Shown here: positions 9,593 to 21,082 of the stretch, piece after piece
Position numbering within the stretch: position 1 is the first letter of the stretch
How the letters are laid out: every line of letters starts with the position of its first letter
Assembly (NCBI GenBank): GCA_040217195.1
Contig: JAVJNR010000001.1
Location: 32,001-96,000, forward strand
Direction of reading: 5' to 3'
DNA length: 64,000 nt
Source of the DNA: Leptospiraceae bacterium
Lineage (GTDB): Bacteria > Spirochaetota > Leptospiria > Leptospirales > Leptonemataceae
The notes under the pieces: model-generated
The model's database searches: none
What the model saw: the letters and a program-made list of their open reading frames with translations, nothing else
What the model was told of the DNA's origin: nothing
Translations under genes and position numbers: made by a program

Positions 9593-11173
9593 ATGGATAC
9601 GATCGCTGTCTTAATAATTATTATATATTCCTTCGATATTGTGGCGCTATTTGTTTTTGGCGTTCATGCATATCTTATGGTCTTTCTTTATAGAAAGAAC
9701 CATGAATACTGCCTTTCCGATGTAGATCATGAACCCATCGATCTAAAGAAGACGCCTGCAAAGGATCTACCGAAAGTGGTGATCCAGCTACCCATCTACA
9801 ATGAATTCTATGTAGTGGATCGATTGATTGAATCTACCACAAGACTTCAGTGGCCCAAAAGCAAACTTGAGATTCAGGTCCTGGATGATTCCACAGATGA
9901 AACCCGGGAAAAGGCAGAAAGTCTGGTTCAGTCTTATAAAAGAGAAGGCTTTAATATTCAGCATATTCATCGTGTAGATCGACAGGGTCATAAAGCAGGA
10001 GCTCTTCGAGAAGGCCTGGAAAAGACCAATGCAGATTACATTGCAATCTTTGATGCAGACTTCCTGCCCGCGCCGGACTTCTTGATCAAAACCATGCCTT
10101 ACTTTGTAGACCCTGAAATCGGAATGATTCAGACTCGGTGGGGCCACATTAACGACAATTATTCTCTACTTACCATGGCCCAGTCCTTTGGCATTGATGG
10201 TCACTTCGTGATCGAGCAGGTTGCTCGAAACGCCACCAAGCTCTGGATGAACTTCAATGGCACTGGTGGTATCTGGAGAAGGCAGTGTATCATGGATGCC
10301 GGTAACTGGCAGGCAGATACATTGACAGAAGATTTTGATCTTTCTTATAGAGCAGAGCTGGCCGGATGGCAATTTCGGTATTTTCGCGATGTGGTAAATC
10401 CTGCAGAGCTACCTGCTACTATCTCAGCTTTCAAGTCTCAGCAATTTCGCTGGTGTAAGGGAAGTATTCAAACCGCTCTTAAGCTAATACCCAGAATCTG
10501 GCGATCCGACTTCAGCTGGAAAATCAAGGCTGAAGCGATAATCCATCTACTCAGCTATTCCGTGCATCCTTTGATGATTCTGAATATCTTTTTGGCTATG
10601 CCATTATTGCTTATGGATCAGTGGACTGGCTTTAGCATTTATGATGTTTCCATGTCTGTGCTATTTGGTGCAGCCACCTTTCTCAGTATCTCCACTTTCG
10701 GGCCTACATTCTTCTACGTTTACTCTCAAAGAGAGCTGTATCTGAACTGGAAGACCAGAATTATCTGGATACCTTTTCTGATCATGATTGGAACCGGTAT
10801 TGCAATCAACAATACCAGGGCTTTCTTTGAAGCTCTTATAGGAATTAAGTCTGGCTTCAAGCGGACTCCCAAGTATCGCATTGAATCATCAGCTGATCGA
10901 TTGCTGCAACGTATGAAATATCGGATTCCTCTGGACCCGGCCGTATTTCTGGAGCTGGGTATGGGCATCTATTGCATCGTCTGTATCTACTTCTCTGTTC
11001 TGGTGGAAAAACCATTTCTGATTCCATTTATGGCAATCTATGCAGCAGGATTTCTGTACATCTCCTTCAATGCAATTCTGGAGCATTTCGATATGCCCAT
11101 TCGACTGCCTGTTAACTACGAAAAGCGACTGCAGGCATTGACACATCAGCAGGCCCAGGCTCAGGAAACCTGA
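9593..11173 (+). CDS. Processive GT2 glycosyltransferase (cellulose-synthase-like)
   Basis: QLPIYNE, LDDSTD, HKAGAL, FDADF, LTEDFDL, QQFRW motifs plus multiple TM segments. Confidence 0.9.
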   Translation: MDTIAVLIIIIYSFDIVALFVFGVHAYLMVFLYRKNHEYCLSDVDHEPIDLKKTPAKDLPKVVIQLPIYNEFYVVDRLIESTTRLQWPKSKLEIQVLDDSTDETREKAESLVQSYKREGFNIQHIHRVDRQGHKAGALREGLEKTNADYIAIFDADFLPAPDFLIKTMPYFVDPEIGMIQTRWGHINDNYSLLTMAQSFGIDGHFVIEQVARNATKLWMNFNGTGGIWRRQCIMDAGNWQADTLTEDFDLSYRAELAGWQFRYFRDVVNPAELPATISAFKSQQFRWCKGSIQTALKLIPRIWRSDFSWKIKAEAIIHLLSYSVHPLMILNIFLAMPLLLMDQWTGFSIYDVSMSVLFGAATFLSISTFGPTFFYVYSQRELYLNWKTRIIWIPFLIMIGTGIAINNTRAFFEALIGIKSGFKRTPKYRIESSADRLLQRMKYRIPLDPAVFLELGMGIYCIVCIYFSVLVEKPFLIPFMAIYAAGFLYISFNAILEHFDMPIRLPVNYEKRLQALTHQQAQAQET

Positions 11174-11357
11174 GCCTCTGGGACCTACCAATCGGACCTA
11201 TCAATCCTACCAGGATCTATCGGGGCTAAACGCCCCGGGTCTCTCCAGACTACTTTCTGATGACCTCTGACATGGAAGCCCTCCTTCTGCTGCAGCCAAT
11301 TTGTACCCGGGAACAGATTGCTTTTGACATTCCTGAACCCGGGCTATGTGTGGTTGC

Positions 11358-11735
11358 ATGAGCGGAGGATCATTCTTCAACGAATCGTTGCATTTCCGTG
11401 ACCCGGCGCAGCAAAAAAGAAAGAAAGCAAGAGCACAAATCCAGGCGGAAGCTGAGTTTGCACTGAATAACTCCGGCGGTTTTCAAACCTGCCAGCTGGT
11501 TGACATCGGAATTGGTGGTCTTTCCTTCACAAGTCGCTCCACTCTATATCAGGGTGATAGACTTTCCATTCGGTTCCGACTTCTGGAACGTCAGGTGGAA
11601 TTCGGCGGGGAAGTGAGCCGCGTATCCGGAAAATACGTAGGAATGGCCTTCATTGAACCGGCCGAAGAAGACCTGGAGCTCATTCAGAAATATATTCATT
11701 CAAACTTTTTTGATAAGGAAAGGAAGAAGCCTTGA
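11358..11735 (+). CDS. PilZ-domain protein
   Basis: RKKAR (RxxxR) and DIGIGG (D/NxSxxG variant), G.V.R and GMAF strands. Confidence 0.8.
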   Translation: MSGGSFFNESLHFRDPAQQKRKKARAQIQAEAEFALNNSGGFQTCQLVDIGIGGLSFTSRSTLYQGDRLSIRFRLLERQVEFGGEVSRVSGKYVGMAFIEPAEEDLELIQKYIHSNFFDKERKKP

Positions 11736-11798
11736 CCGTGAAGAGCTTTTCTGGATGATGGCGTTTCAACCTCCAGAATCGGAAATCAGGGAGTCATT

Positions 11799-12095
11799 AT
11801 GTCCACTGGCGAAAAAGTATACTGCGCCAACTGTGCCCACTGCATTGTAGTAAGGCAGTATGAGGCCGAACAAGATAAATACATTCTTCGCGTTCGCTGC
11901 AACAAGAAGAAGTGGTCCAAGCGGTCCGGTGAAGAGAAACTTTATAAGTACTTCACTGTAGCTCGACGTATGATGCCCAATTGCGAGCATTACAAAGAAA
12001 TGGGAGATCTGCTCCCTTATATCAAGAATCTCAAGAAAGAACTTCCCATTAAAGACGAGATCTACACGGTTAAGAAACCCGCCCACAGAAGCTAG
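11799..12095 (+). CDS. Small basic Cys-containing hypothetical protein
   Basis: GGGAG RBS; YCANCAHC...C...C pattern; natural-looking ORF. Confidence 0.7.
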   Translation: MSTGEKVYCANCAHCIVVRQYEAEQDKYILRVRCNKKKWSKRSGEEKLYKYFTVARRMMPNCEHYKEMGDLLPYIKNLKKELPIKDEIYTVKKPAHRS

Positions 12096-12137
12096 GTCAG
12101 CCGGAGGCTTTTGGCCTCCCGGGTGAACGCTGCAACC

Positions 12138-12614
12138 ATGGAACTGCAGGAATTATTAACCTCACAGAGTGTATTTCGCTACGAAGATGTTAGCGTTGAT
12201 AAGCTCGAATTCATGAAAGATATGCTGGGTCGTACCGTGTCCGGTACGCCCATGGAGAGCAATCTGGAAAGAATCTGGGAAGGTCTGCGAGAAAGGGAAG
12301 TGTCCATGTCCACCGGTATTGGTCTGGGTGTGGCTATTCCCCATTGCTCATCAGAATGGGTGGAAGATGTAGTGGTATCTCTGGCTGTGCTGGGAAAGCC
12401 ACTGGAATTCCAGGCCGTAGACGATGAGCCGGTTCAGATCGTGGTGCTGCTTCTCATGCCGCGAAATCGATTCGATCGTCATATTAAGACTCTGGCCTCC
12501 ATTGCTCGCATGTTCAACGATGAAGCCTTTCGAAAGAAGGTCATCGATGCGAAAGATGAAACGGAAATATTCGAACTCATTCAGGCTTTCCAGGATCCAG
12601 CCCGCGATCAGTAA
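12138..12614 (+). CDS. PTS EIIA (PtsN/fructose-type) protein
   Basis: ERE..MSTGIGLGVAIPHC with the phospho-His; HIKTLASIAR. Confidence 0.85.
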   Translation: MELQELLTSQSVFRYEDVSVDKLEFMKDMLGRTVSGTPMESNLERIWEGLREREVSMSTGIGLGVAIPHCSSEWVEDVVVSLAVLGKPLEFQAVDDEPVQIVVLLLMPRNRFDRHIKTLASIARMFNDEAFRKKVIDAKDETEIFELIQAFQDPARDQ

Positions 12615-12858
12615 TTCCCGGCTTCATGCTTCAGGGCCTGCCAATCATTAAATATTTTATCGCTATTTGCTGATTACCATGTAGATGCCAAACGGTTTCC
12701 AATCCGCCAGGTACAGCGCCATGCGATTGTTAGTGTAGTTCTGTAGCTACCGAATCAGTCCATTCGACAATAAACGCGCCAGGGAACCCCGGTAATTCTG
12801 AAAGGGCAGGCCGCGCCCGCAGGCACGGCTCGATGCTGATTAAAAAAGAAATCTGAAA

Positions 12859-13446
12859 TCAGGCTGGAAAGGATTCCATTACAGAATCGATAATTCCGTA
12901 ATCCACCGCTTCTTTGGCAGTCAGATAGAAGTCCCGGTCTGTATCCCGTTCTACCTGCTCCAGAGGTTTTCCTGTGGTGTCTGCGATCATGCGGTTGATT
13001 TCTTCTCTGGTCTTGCGAATCTCCTCTGCATGGATCTTAATGTCAATGGCCGGAGCAACAATCTGTCCGCTAATTAATGGCTGGTGAATCATTATTCTGG
13101 CATGAGGCCAGGCCATTCGTTTTCCTTTGCTACCTACCGTGAGCAATACCGCACCCATACTGGCGGCCAGACCCATACATACAGTAGAAACATCCGAAGA
13201 AATCATATTCATTGTATCTACCACAGCCATACCAGAGGTAATTACGCCTCCAGGACTGTTAATGAACATGGTGATGTCCTTTCCTGGATCCAGGGCTTCC
13301 AGATACAGCAACCGATCGATGAGATATCTTGCTGAATCATCATCCACGCCTCCCCAGAGATAGATCTGTCGCTTCTCCAGGAATTTCCGTTCAATCTCAG
13401 AATGAACGGGATTAAATTGATCCAGCAGGTCGTTTTGTTTGCTCAT
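12859..13446 (-). CDS. clpP: ATP-dependent Clp protease proteolytic subunit
   Basis: INSPGG, GLAASMG (catalytic Ser), RIMIHQP (His), DRDF (Asp). Confidence 0.95.
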   Translation of the reverse strand: MSKQNDLLDQFNPVHSEIERKFLEKRQIYLWGGVDDDSARYLIDRLLYLEALDPGKDITMFINSPGGVITSGMAVVDTMNMISSDVSTVCMGLAASMGAVLLTVGSKGKRMAWPHARIMIHQPLISGQIVAPAIDIKIHAEEIRKTREEINRMIADTTGKPLEQVERDTDRDFYLTAKEAVDYGIIDSVMESFPA

Positions 13447-13499
13447 TTCTTCCTCTCGTATAAATTTCGGGCAGCTTCTAGCGCTGCCAGGGGGAAAGA

Positions 13500-13973
13500 T
13501 CAGGACTCGTTCTCTGTTTGCGGTCCAGTCTCTTCCTGTAAATGAATTTCCGTTTCTGGATTCTTCATGTTCATAGCACTCTGTCGTTTTTGATACGCCA
13601 GAGTCAGTGCCAGAGCCACCAGAGCTCCAAAAAGAGTGCCAAAGCCGTACAGGGCTCGAATCTGATTCAATCCGGTAATATGCAATTCCGTTTCCGGCTG
13701 GTTCACCGGTTCTTCCTTATCGAACTTCAGGATAATAGCTCTCTGATTTCCTTTCTGCTCTTTTTTCTCATCCCCTTGCTTCATCAGATAGTAATTCTCT
13801 CGCAAAAGCCGATTTTCGGTTTCCAGCTCTTCGATTTCCTGACGCAGCATGGCCAGACGATTTTGTAGATCCTTTCTGTGAAAATAGCCCGCTTCACCCA
13901 GCAACAATACATAGATCAGGCCAGACAGTCCCAGCCATAGCATGAGGATTTTAAAAGGCAGGCTCTTTAGCAT
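13500..13973 (-). CDS. ftsB: FtsB/DivIC-like septum formation initiator
   Basis: N-terminal TM, GEAGY, leucine-zipper coil; lies downstream of eno; atypical second TM. Confidence 0.55.
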   Translation of the reverse strand: MLKSLPFKILMLWLGLSGLIYVLLLGEAGYFHRKDLQNRLAMLRQEIEELETENRLLRENYYLMKQGDEKKEQKGNQRAIILKFDKEEPVNQPETELHITGLNQIRALYGFGTLFGALVALALTLAYQKRQSAMNMKNPETEIHLQEETGPQTENES

Positions 13974-13982
13974 TGGATACTC

Positions 13983-14024
13983 CCCGGACTTATCGAATTC
14001 AGACTTTAGTTCGATAAGTCCGGG
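13983..14024 (-). other. Perfect 15-bp intercistronic hairpin between eno and ftsB
   Basis: CCCGGACTTATCGAA-N12-TTCGATAAGTCCGGG, no U-tract. Confidence 0.8.
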
Positions 14025-14036
14025 TGGTTTTGGAAT

Positions 14037-15455
<1,419 letters not shown>

Positions 15456-15467
15456 CTATAGGCGCCT

Positions 15468-15968
15468 ATGACCGTCCACGATATAACGCGATTCCAGACC
15501 GTAGAGGCCAGCATCGATTCCTGGATGGAATTCGTGGAGTATGCCCTTGCCTCAGAGTTTTACAAAGAGGCCAGGGAGAAGCTGGGCGATGATAATCGAG
15601 CCAGCCGCATTACGCTGCTGTGGACCTATTTGAATACCTTTTCAGAGAAAGATCGAGAAAGAGCGGAAAATGATCCAGAGTTCTTTTTCTTCTACGCCCG
15701 TGGATTCATTGATGAGCTGGCCACCTGTCGGTATCGCAAAGAAGGCTATTACGATCGGGATACCAGGTCTCTATTTCTGGGTAAGATCAAAGCAGTGCTT
15801 CGTGCGCAGACCGAGGATGGATCGGTAATTCGTCCGGTTCGATATATGTTTCTTACTCATGTGGTCCGTTTCTGCAGCAATCTATCTTTCATTATCGAAA
15901 GCTACGATATGTACAAGGATTACATGTTCCGTCTCCGATCCCGCGTGGAAAGACCACGGGGACTCTAG
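15468..15968 (+). CDS. Hypothetical all-helical protein
   Basis: Long ORF divergent from eno; TTGAAA-N17-TAGGTT at 15424-15452 upstream. Confidence 0.7.
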   Translation: MTVHDITRFQTVEASIDSWMEFVEYALASEFYKEAREKLGDDNRASRITLLWTYLNTFSEKDRERAENDPEFFFFYARGFIDELATCRYRKEGYYDRDTRSLFLGKIKAVLRAQTEDGSVIRPVRYMFLTHVVRFCSNLSFIIESYDMYKDYMFRLRSRVERPRGL

Positions 15969-16187
15969 CGGCTTCGGTCCAGTTTCACATTCGATCCAGA
16001 GGTTTTACCGGGCCTATTCCATATCGAGAACCTGGATGGATCTGCTTTTTGGAGCCGGCTGCAAGCCAGGTCACCGCGAGGGAAGGCGCCTCTGTCTATA
16101 AATCAAGAACCGATGTGCTCCCAACGGGATTGCAAGCCTCGTGCGGGGGGCGAATCCCCTGCTGCGAAGAGTTTCTGTCAATTACGT

Positions 16188-17801
16188 CTAGCGCATGGCA
16201 GCCAGTACAAGATGCATTCCCTGCACAAGTGCGATGATAAGTATTAGACTAACCGGATAAACGGCAGAATACGCAACAACTGGCTTTTCTGTACTGTCCA
16301 CCTGTCGAATTACATCCAGTCCCGGGGTAAATGTCATTCCTCCGCATATTACGCCAAAGCATTCGCTAATGGAGATTTTCATTACTAAATGTCCAAAGGC
16401 CAGGCTGGCGGCCATGGGAACAACGGCCAGTAACACGGCAAACGCTGCATACAGGATGACTTCCGGGCCCAGATTATTTATAAAGCTCTGTCCGGTGTCG
16501 AATCCTACCTGAACAAAGAATAATGCCAGGCCCAGGTCTTTTAGAACGGCGGTAGCGTTGGGGGGGAATCTACCGATCAAATTTCCGATCCTACCAAAAT
16601 GTCCGAAGAGTAATCCACTAACCAGGGCGCCTCCTGCAAGCCCCAAAGAAAAAGGTCCCATGCCAGGTATAGGAATTATGATTCCTCCAATAAAGAAAGC
16701 CAGAAACAGGGTGGCTGCCATGGAAGCAATATCCACCCGCGGAACTACGGAATGAGCCTCATTGCCCAGAAACATTCTTAGCTGCTCAAGCTGATACGGA
16801 CTGCCTACTGCATGAACTACATCACCATATTCAAGCCTCAAATCCTGGGACGGAAACATCTCTATCTCTGATCGAACAATCCTTGCAATAGAGGCATTGA
16901 ATCGAAGTCGAATTCCCAGTTCTTTCAAAGAGCGATTGATTACGCTCATGTTTTCCACAACAATGCTGCTGGTACTTAAATCCCCATCCAGAGCAATTTC
17001 CTGGTCAACGGATACTCCAACCTGGTCTCCTACGGTAGCTACATCTTCTTCGCTTCCTTCCAGGCGAAGAAGATCTCCCAGTACAAGATTCGTTTTGCCG
17101 CTGGCAGCCAGCAATGTCCCATCTCTGAGAATGCCTGTGACTACAACTCGATTGTCATGGAATAGATCCAGGTTCTTCAACAGTTTGCCTTCCATTTTCT
17201 CATTTTCCATGCGATGCACAGCGGTGAAAATCTTACTCTGTCCTGCCAGTTCCCGGTCCATTCGAGGCCTGAGAAATTTCATGGCAATGTTGATAAAAAC
17301 GATTACACCTAGCAGGCCAAAGGGATAGGCAACTCCATAGCCAAAAATCACTTCACGTTCAGGATTGAATTGCATGGCGCTAATGAGAGCAGGCGAGGAA
17401 GTAAAGGAACCTGCAAAAAGACCCAGACCAATGCCACTATTAATTCCAGAAATCCAGAGAAGTAACACCGTGAAAATTCCTGCGAATAGTAAAAGTGCCA
17501 GAACGTTAGAAACAAAGGAACGGCCATGCTTTTTGAAGGCTCGAAAGAATCCCGGACCGGCTTCCAGACCTACACAGAGCAAGAACAATACAATGCCCAG
17601 ATCCTGCAGAATGGGGATTGGTTCAAACTGAAAGAAATAGCCTCCCACCATGGCAACAACAAGGGTTCCGGAGCTTGCAAATCCAACTCCTTTGATCTGC
17701 AACTTACCAAAGAGCAAACCAAGCAATGTGATTCCAAAAGTTACCAGCAGTTCTGTGGATTGAAAAAAGATCTGAAATTCAACCAGGTTCTCTTCGGCCA
17801 T
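16188..17801 (-). CDS. AspT/YidE/YbjL (aspartate:alanine exchanger family) transporter with TrkA-C domains
   Basis: Duplicated membrane domains (LFLLCVGLEAGPGFF, YGVAYPFG; LFFVQVG, YSAVYP) around two RCK_C-like domains. Confidence 0.9.
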   Translation of the reverse strand: MAEENLVEFQIFFQSTELLVTFGITLLGLLFGKLQIKGVGFASSGTLVVAMVGGYFFQFEPIPILQDLGIVLFLLCVGLEAGPGFFRAFKKHGRSFVSNVLALLLFAGIFTVLLLWISGINSGIGLGLFAGSFTSSPALISAMQFNPEREVIFGYGVAYPFGLLGVIVFINIAMKFLRPRMDRELAGQSKIFTAVHRMENEKMEGKLLKNLDLFHDNRVVVTGILRDGTLLAASGKTNLVLGDLLRLEGSEEDVATVGDQVGVSVDQEIALDGDLSTSSIVVENMSVINRSLKELGIRLRFNASIARIVRSEIEMFPSQDLRLEYGDVVHAVGSPYQLEQLRMFLGNEAHSVVPRVDIASMAATLFLAFFIGGIIIPIPGMGPFSLGLAGGALVSGLLFGHFGRIGNLIGRFPPNATAVLKDLGLALFFVQVGFDTGQSFINNLGPEVILYAAFAVLLAVVPMAASLAFGHLVMKISISECFGVICGGMTFTPGLDVIRQVDSTEKPVVAYSAVYPVSLILIIALVQGMHLVLAAMR

Positions 17802-18038
17802 GAAATCAATCTGTGGAATGTAGTTCAGAGATCAAGGAATCCCCAAATTGAAAATCAGCAAATCAGTCGATTCTGCCCTGGCAGCCGGAAAATGTCCGGC
17901 CCAGACGTATGGTGCTTGAACCGGGGAGATGGATTGGCAATAACCGGGTCTGCTAAAAGAAGCAAAGAGCCGGACTAAACTCTAGAAATTCAAACCGGAA
18001 ACCACAGCCGGATTCTGGCAAGCTGGAAGTCTCGCTCA

Positions 18039-18887
18039 TTACTCAGAATACCCGAATCGTGAAAAGTAGTCCGGCAGATCGGGCAGTTTTGCATCTGTCC
18101 AGGTCCAGGGACCAACCACTGAAACAATGGGGCCATCGCCATTTAGTAATTGAATTAATCCCCTGGTTAAGTCCGCACGCTCGGTCCTTCGATAGGCCTC
18201 GGAGAACTGCTGTCCCAGGGCTTCCTTTTCTCGTCTCGAAGCATACTCCAGGAAAAAATCCAGAAAGCGTAGTCCTGAACCTGCGAATTCTTCTTTCATC
18301 TTGAGTAACTCCGGATTGGATGTACTCTTCATCAATCTTTGAAGCAAAAGCGAAATACCTCTCACGCTTTTGGAGTAGAAGGTTCCACCCCGGACAAGAG
18401 CTCGCCGTTCAGGATTTGACAGGCACCAGTCTTCCATTGCTTTCTTTACATAGCCCAGGGCGCCGTAAAATGCAAGTGTATGCGAAAGCCAGTATAGAGC
18501 GCTGTAACCCACGGTAAGGCCGGGCTTTAGATCCTTTTCCAGTTCCAGCATAGGATAGAAAGAAAACTGGGCTGCCTGTTCATATTGTTCGGCGGTGGTG
18601 TCCTGAATCGGAAATCCTGGTTCTCCCATGGCCGGTGTGAAAATAAGTAAATCGATGGCATCTGACTTTTCTTTCAAGGCATCGCGCAGGTTTGCGGACA
18701 GGCTGGCATCGATTTCAATCCCATGGATCGTCTCATCCGTACCTGGAACGGTTTGATCGGATCGAGTGCTGGCAATTACATGGGCGTTCGGGGAATGATT
18801 TCTTACCGCATCGATGGCGCTTAGCCCGGCCTCGCCGGTGGCTCCAACGATCAATATATTCTTTAATTCTGGTCGCTCAAAGGGCAT
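18039..18887 (-). CDS. SDR-family oxidoreductase, possibly enoyl-ACP reductase-like
   Basis: Rossmann ILIVGATGEAG; YGALGYVK has the FabI-type YX6K spacing. Confidence 0.55.
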   Translation of the reverse strand: MPFERPELKNILIVGATGEAGLSAIDAVRNHSPNAHVIASTRSDQTVPGTDETIHGIEIDASLSANLRDALKEKSDAIDLLIFTPAMGEPGFPIQDTTAEQYEQAAQFSFYPMLELEKDLKPGLTVGYSALYWLSHTLAFYGALGYVKKAMEDWCLSNPERRALVRGGTFYSKSVRGISLLLQRLMKSTSNPELLKMKEEFAGSGLRFLDFFLEYASRREKEALGQQFSEAYRRTERADLTRGLIQLLNGDGPIVSVVGPWTWTDAKLPDLPDYFSRFGYSE

Positions 18888-18976
18888 ACCGAAAGATGGA
18901 ATCTACGGCGAAACTGTAAAGCCTTTCATGAGTTCAGGCCCGATGAGCAGGCCTGAACGGTTCGGGCTGATTGGTT

Positions 18977-19771
18977 TTATGCAGTGGCAGGAGAAGCGCT
19001 GGAGATCAATGACTGAAAGATCTGGATCGCTTTTGAGTAATCACCATTGAATAGATGGGCCATGCCCAGGTCCATGCGAAGTGAAGTATCCATTTTTCCA
19101 GATTTTTCCATCTTCTTCAGTTCTGGCAGTTTTTCATTGTACCGCTTTCTATACTCATTCAGGTTTTGACTGTACGGTTTTCCGGAAATGGATTCATACA
19201 GTCGCAGTAGCATATTCTCTGCATCCTGGTTTCTATTTAGATGAATATAGGATAGGGCCACTCGATGTAGCACCGAAGTTTTCTTGATTTCTTTTCCAAA
19301 AGATTCAAAACCCTTGATCACCTGGTCATGACGTCCGGATTCATGGGCACCCAGCAGGAATCCACCAAGAATGGTAGATTGTCTGTGCCCGGTTTTCATC
19401 AATTTAGAACAAACTGTATAGATTAGATCGTATCGTTTGCTGTGTGAACAGGCAAAGGTGAATCGGTCCAGAGCAAGTTCACTGTAATAGCCTTTATGCA
19501 GTAGCCATCGCGAAAAGTCCATGGCAGCTTTTTCATAGTAGCGCTCATGGTAATGCTTCATCGCCGAAAGTAGATCGTTGAACAACCCGGTTTCTGGAAG
19601 ATTTTGAAGTGGCTTCCCCAGCTCAAGTCGGGCCAGGTTCACGAGCTCCAGACAATCTATGTCCATTGATTCGGCATCTGATACCATTTCTTCGAAATTC
19701 TGGTCACTGTAGAGCTCCCAGAGTTGTTCGATCACATCGGATTCGGTCTTATGTTTTACTGCAGGATTCAT
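18977..19771 (-). CDS. Tetratricopeptide-repeat protein
   Basis: TPR-like motifs, e.g. LGMAHLFNGDYSKAIQIF. Confidence 0.65.
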   Translation of the reverse strand: MNPAVKHKTESDVIEQLWELYSDQNFEEMVSDAESMDIDCLELVNLARLELGKPLQNLPETGLFNDLLSAMKHYHERYYEKAAMDFSRWLLHKGYYSELALDRFTFACSHSKRYDLIYTVCSKLMKTGHRQSTILGGFLLGAHESGRHDQVIKGFESFGKEIKKTSVLHRVALSYIHLNRNQDAENMLLRLYESISGKPYSQNLNEYRKRYNEKLPELKKMEKSGKMDTSLRMDLGMAHLFNGDYSKAIQIFQSLISSASPATA

Positions 19772-19813
19772 AGGATCTCCTGCCTATTTTTTCGACCTGT
19801 TTGAGGGATTCTT

Positions 19814-21082
19814 TCATCCATTTTCCAGCGATTTACGGTCTATTCCGTACTGCTGAATCTTATTTCGAATGGTATTTCGATGCACATCCAGAAGCTCCGC
19901 AGACTTGCTTACACTTCCAGCGGTGCTTTCCAGAGCCCTGCGAATCAGAAATTCCTCTGCCTGGGCAATGGTAGGAAGGCCCCGGCGGGCTTCAAAGGCT
20001 CCCTGGAGGCTCTTACGTACAAAATCCCGGGAAAAACCCGGTCCATCGGTATTTCCGAAATTCCCTGCAGCTGGATCCATATCACGGTCTTTCGAAGTTT
20101 CTGGCCTGGTATCGGGCTTACCTGAATCGACTAAAGGAAGGGATTTTTGAAGGGAGGGGGGTAGATCTTTCAGTTTCAAGTTGCCGTCTTCGGACAGAAC
20201 GCACAATCTTTCCAGGCAGTTCTCCAGCTCTCGAATGTTTCCAGGCCAGGGATAATCCGCCATTTTTTGAGGCAACATGGGATCTTCCGGGATGAAGATT
20301 CGACCATACTTCTTTTCGAACTCTTTCAGGAAAAAGTCAAAAAGAAGCGGGATATCCTCCTTTCTCTCTCGCAGCGGAGGCAGTAGCAATGGCACCACAT
20401 TTAAACGAAAGTACAGATCCTCCCTGAATCGCTTTTCTCGAACGTCTTCTTCCAGATCTCGATTCGTGGCTGCGATCAGGCGAACATTCACATATACTTC
20501 CCGACCGCTACCCAGAGGTTCTACCTTCTTTTCCTGGATGGCACGAAGTAACTTCACCTGCAGGTTCAGGGGCAGTTCACCAATTTCGTCCAGAAAAAGG
20601 GTTCCTCCTCCGGCCTTTTGAAATCTACCTTCCCTGGTTCTGGAAGCGCCGGTATAGGCTCCTTTTTCCACACCAAATAGTTCCGACTCCAGGAGTGCTT
20701 CCGGTATGCTTCCGCAGGAAACTACAACAAAAGGGCCTTTGTTTCGCAGACTATGAGTATGAATCCATCGAGCGAGTCTGGACTTACCCACACCGCTTTC
20801 GCCCAGGATCAATACATTGGAATCGCTTCTTGCCACCCTGGCTGCCGTAGCATGAATGTCCTGCATTCTTGGATCTCTGGATTCCGGCGGACCCTCACTT
20901 ATGGCTTCCAGACTGGCAAGCAGTGGCTCCAGTTCTTGAATGTCCCGTGGAGAAACCCATTGCCTTTCACGGAGTGTGTCCATTAGCTGTTGATGGGTTT
21001 CAATGGGCTCGTCCAGAAGCGATCGGAACTGCTTTCTGGAAATGAAACCGAACCTTAGAATCAGGTTGAGTATTGCTTCCAT
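19814..21082 (-). CDS. Sigma54-dependent enhancer-binding protein (AAA+ and Fis HTH)
   Basis: GESGVGKS, ESELFG..GAYTGA, LFLDEIG, REDLYFRL, WPGNIRELEN, C-terminal HTH. Confidence 0.93.
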   Translation of the reverse strand: MEAILNLILRFGFISRKQFRSLLDEPIETHQQLMDTLRERQWVSPRDIQELEPLLASLEAISEGPPESRDPRMQDIHATAARVARSDSNVLILGESGVGKSRLARWIHTHSLRNKGPFVVVSCGSIPEALLESELFGVEKGAYTGASRTREGRFQKAGGGTLFLDEIGELPLNLQVKLLRAIQEKKVEPLGSGREVYVNVRLIAATNRDLEEDVREKRFREDLYFRLNVVPLLLPPLRERKEDIPLLFDFFLKEFEKKYGRIFIPEDPMLPQKMADYPWPGNIRELENCLERLCVLSEDGNLKLKDLPPSLQKSLPLVDSGKPDTRPETSKDRDMDPAAGNFGNTDGPGFSRDFVRKSLQGAFEARRGLPTIAQAEEFLIRRALESTAGSVSKSAELLDVHRNTIRNKIQQYGIDRKSLENG

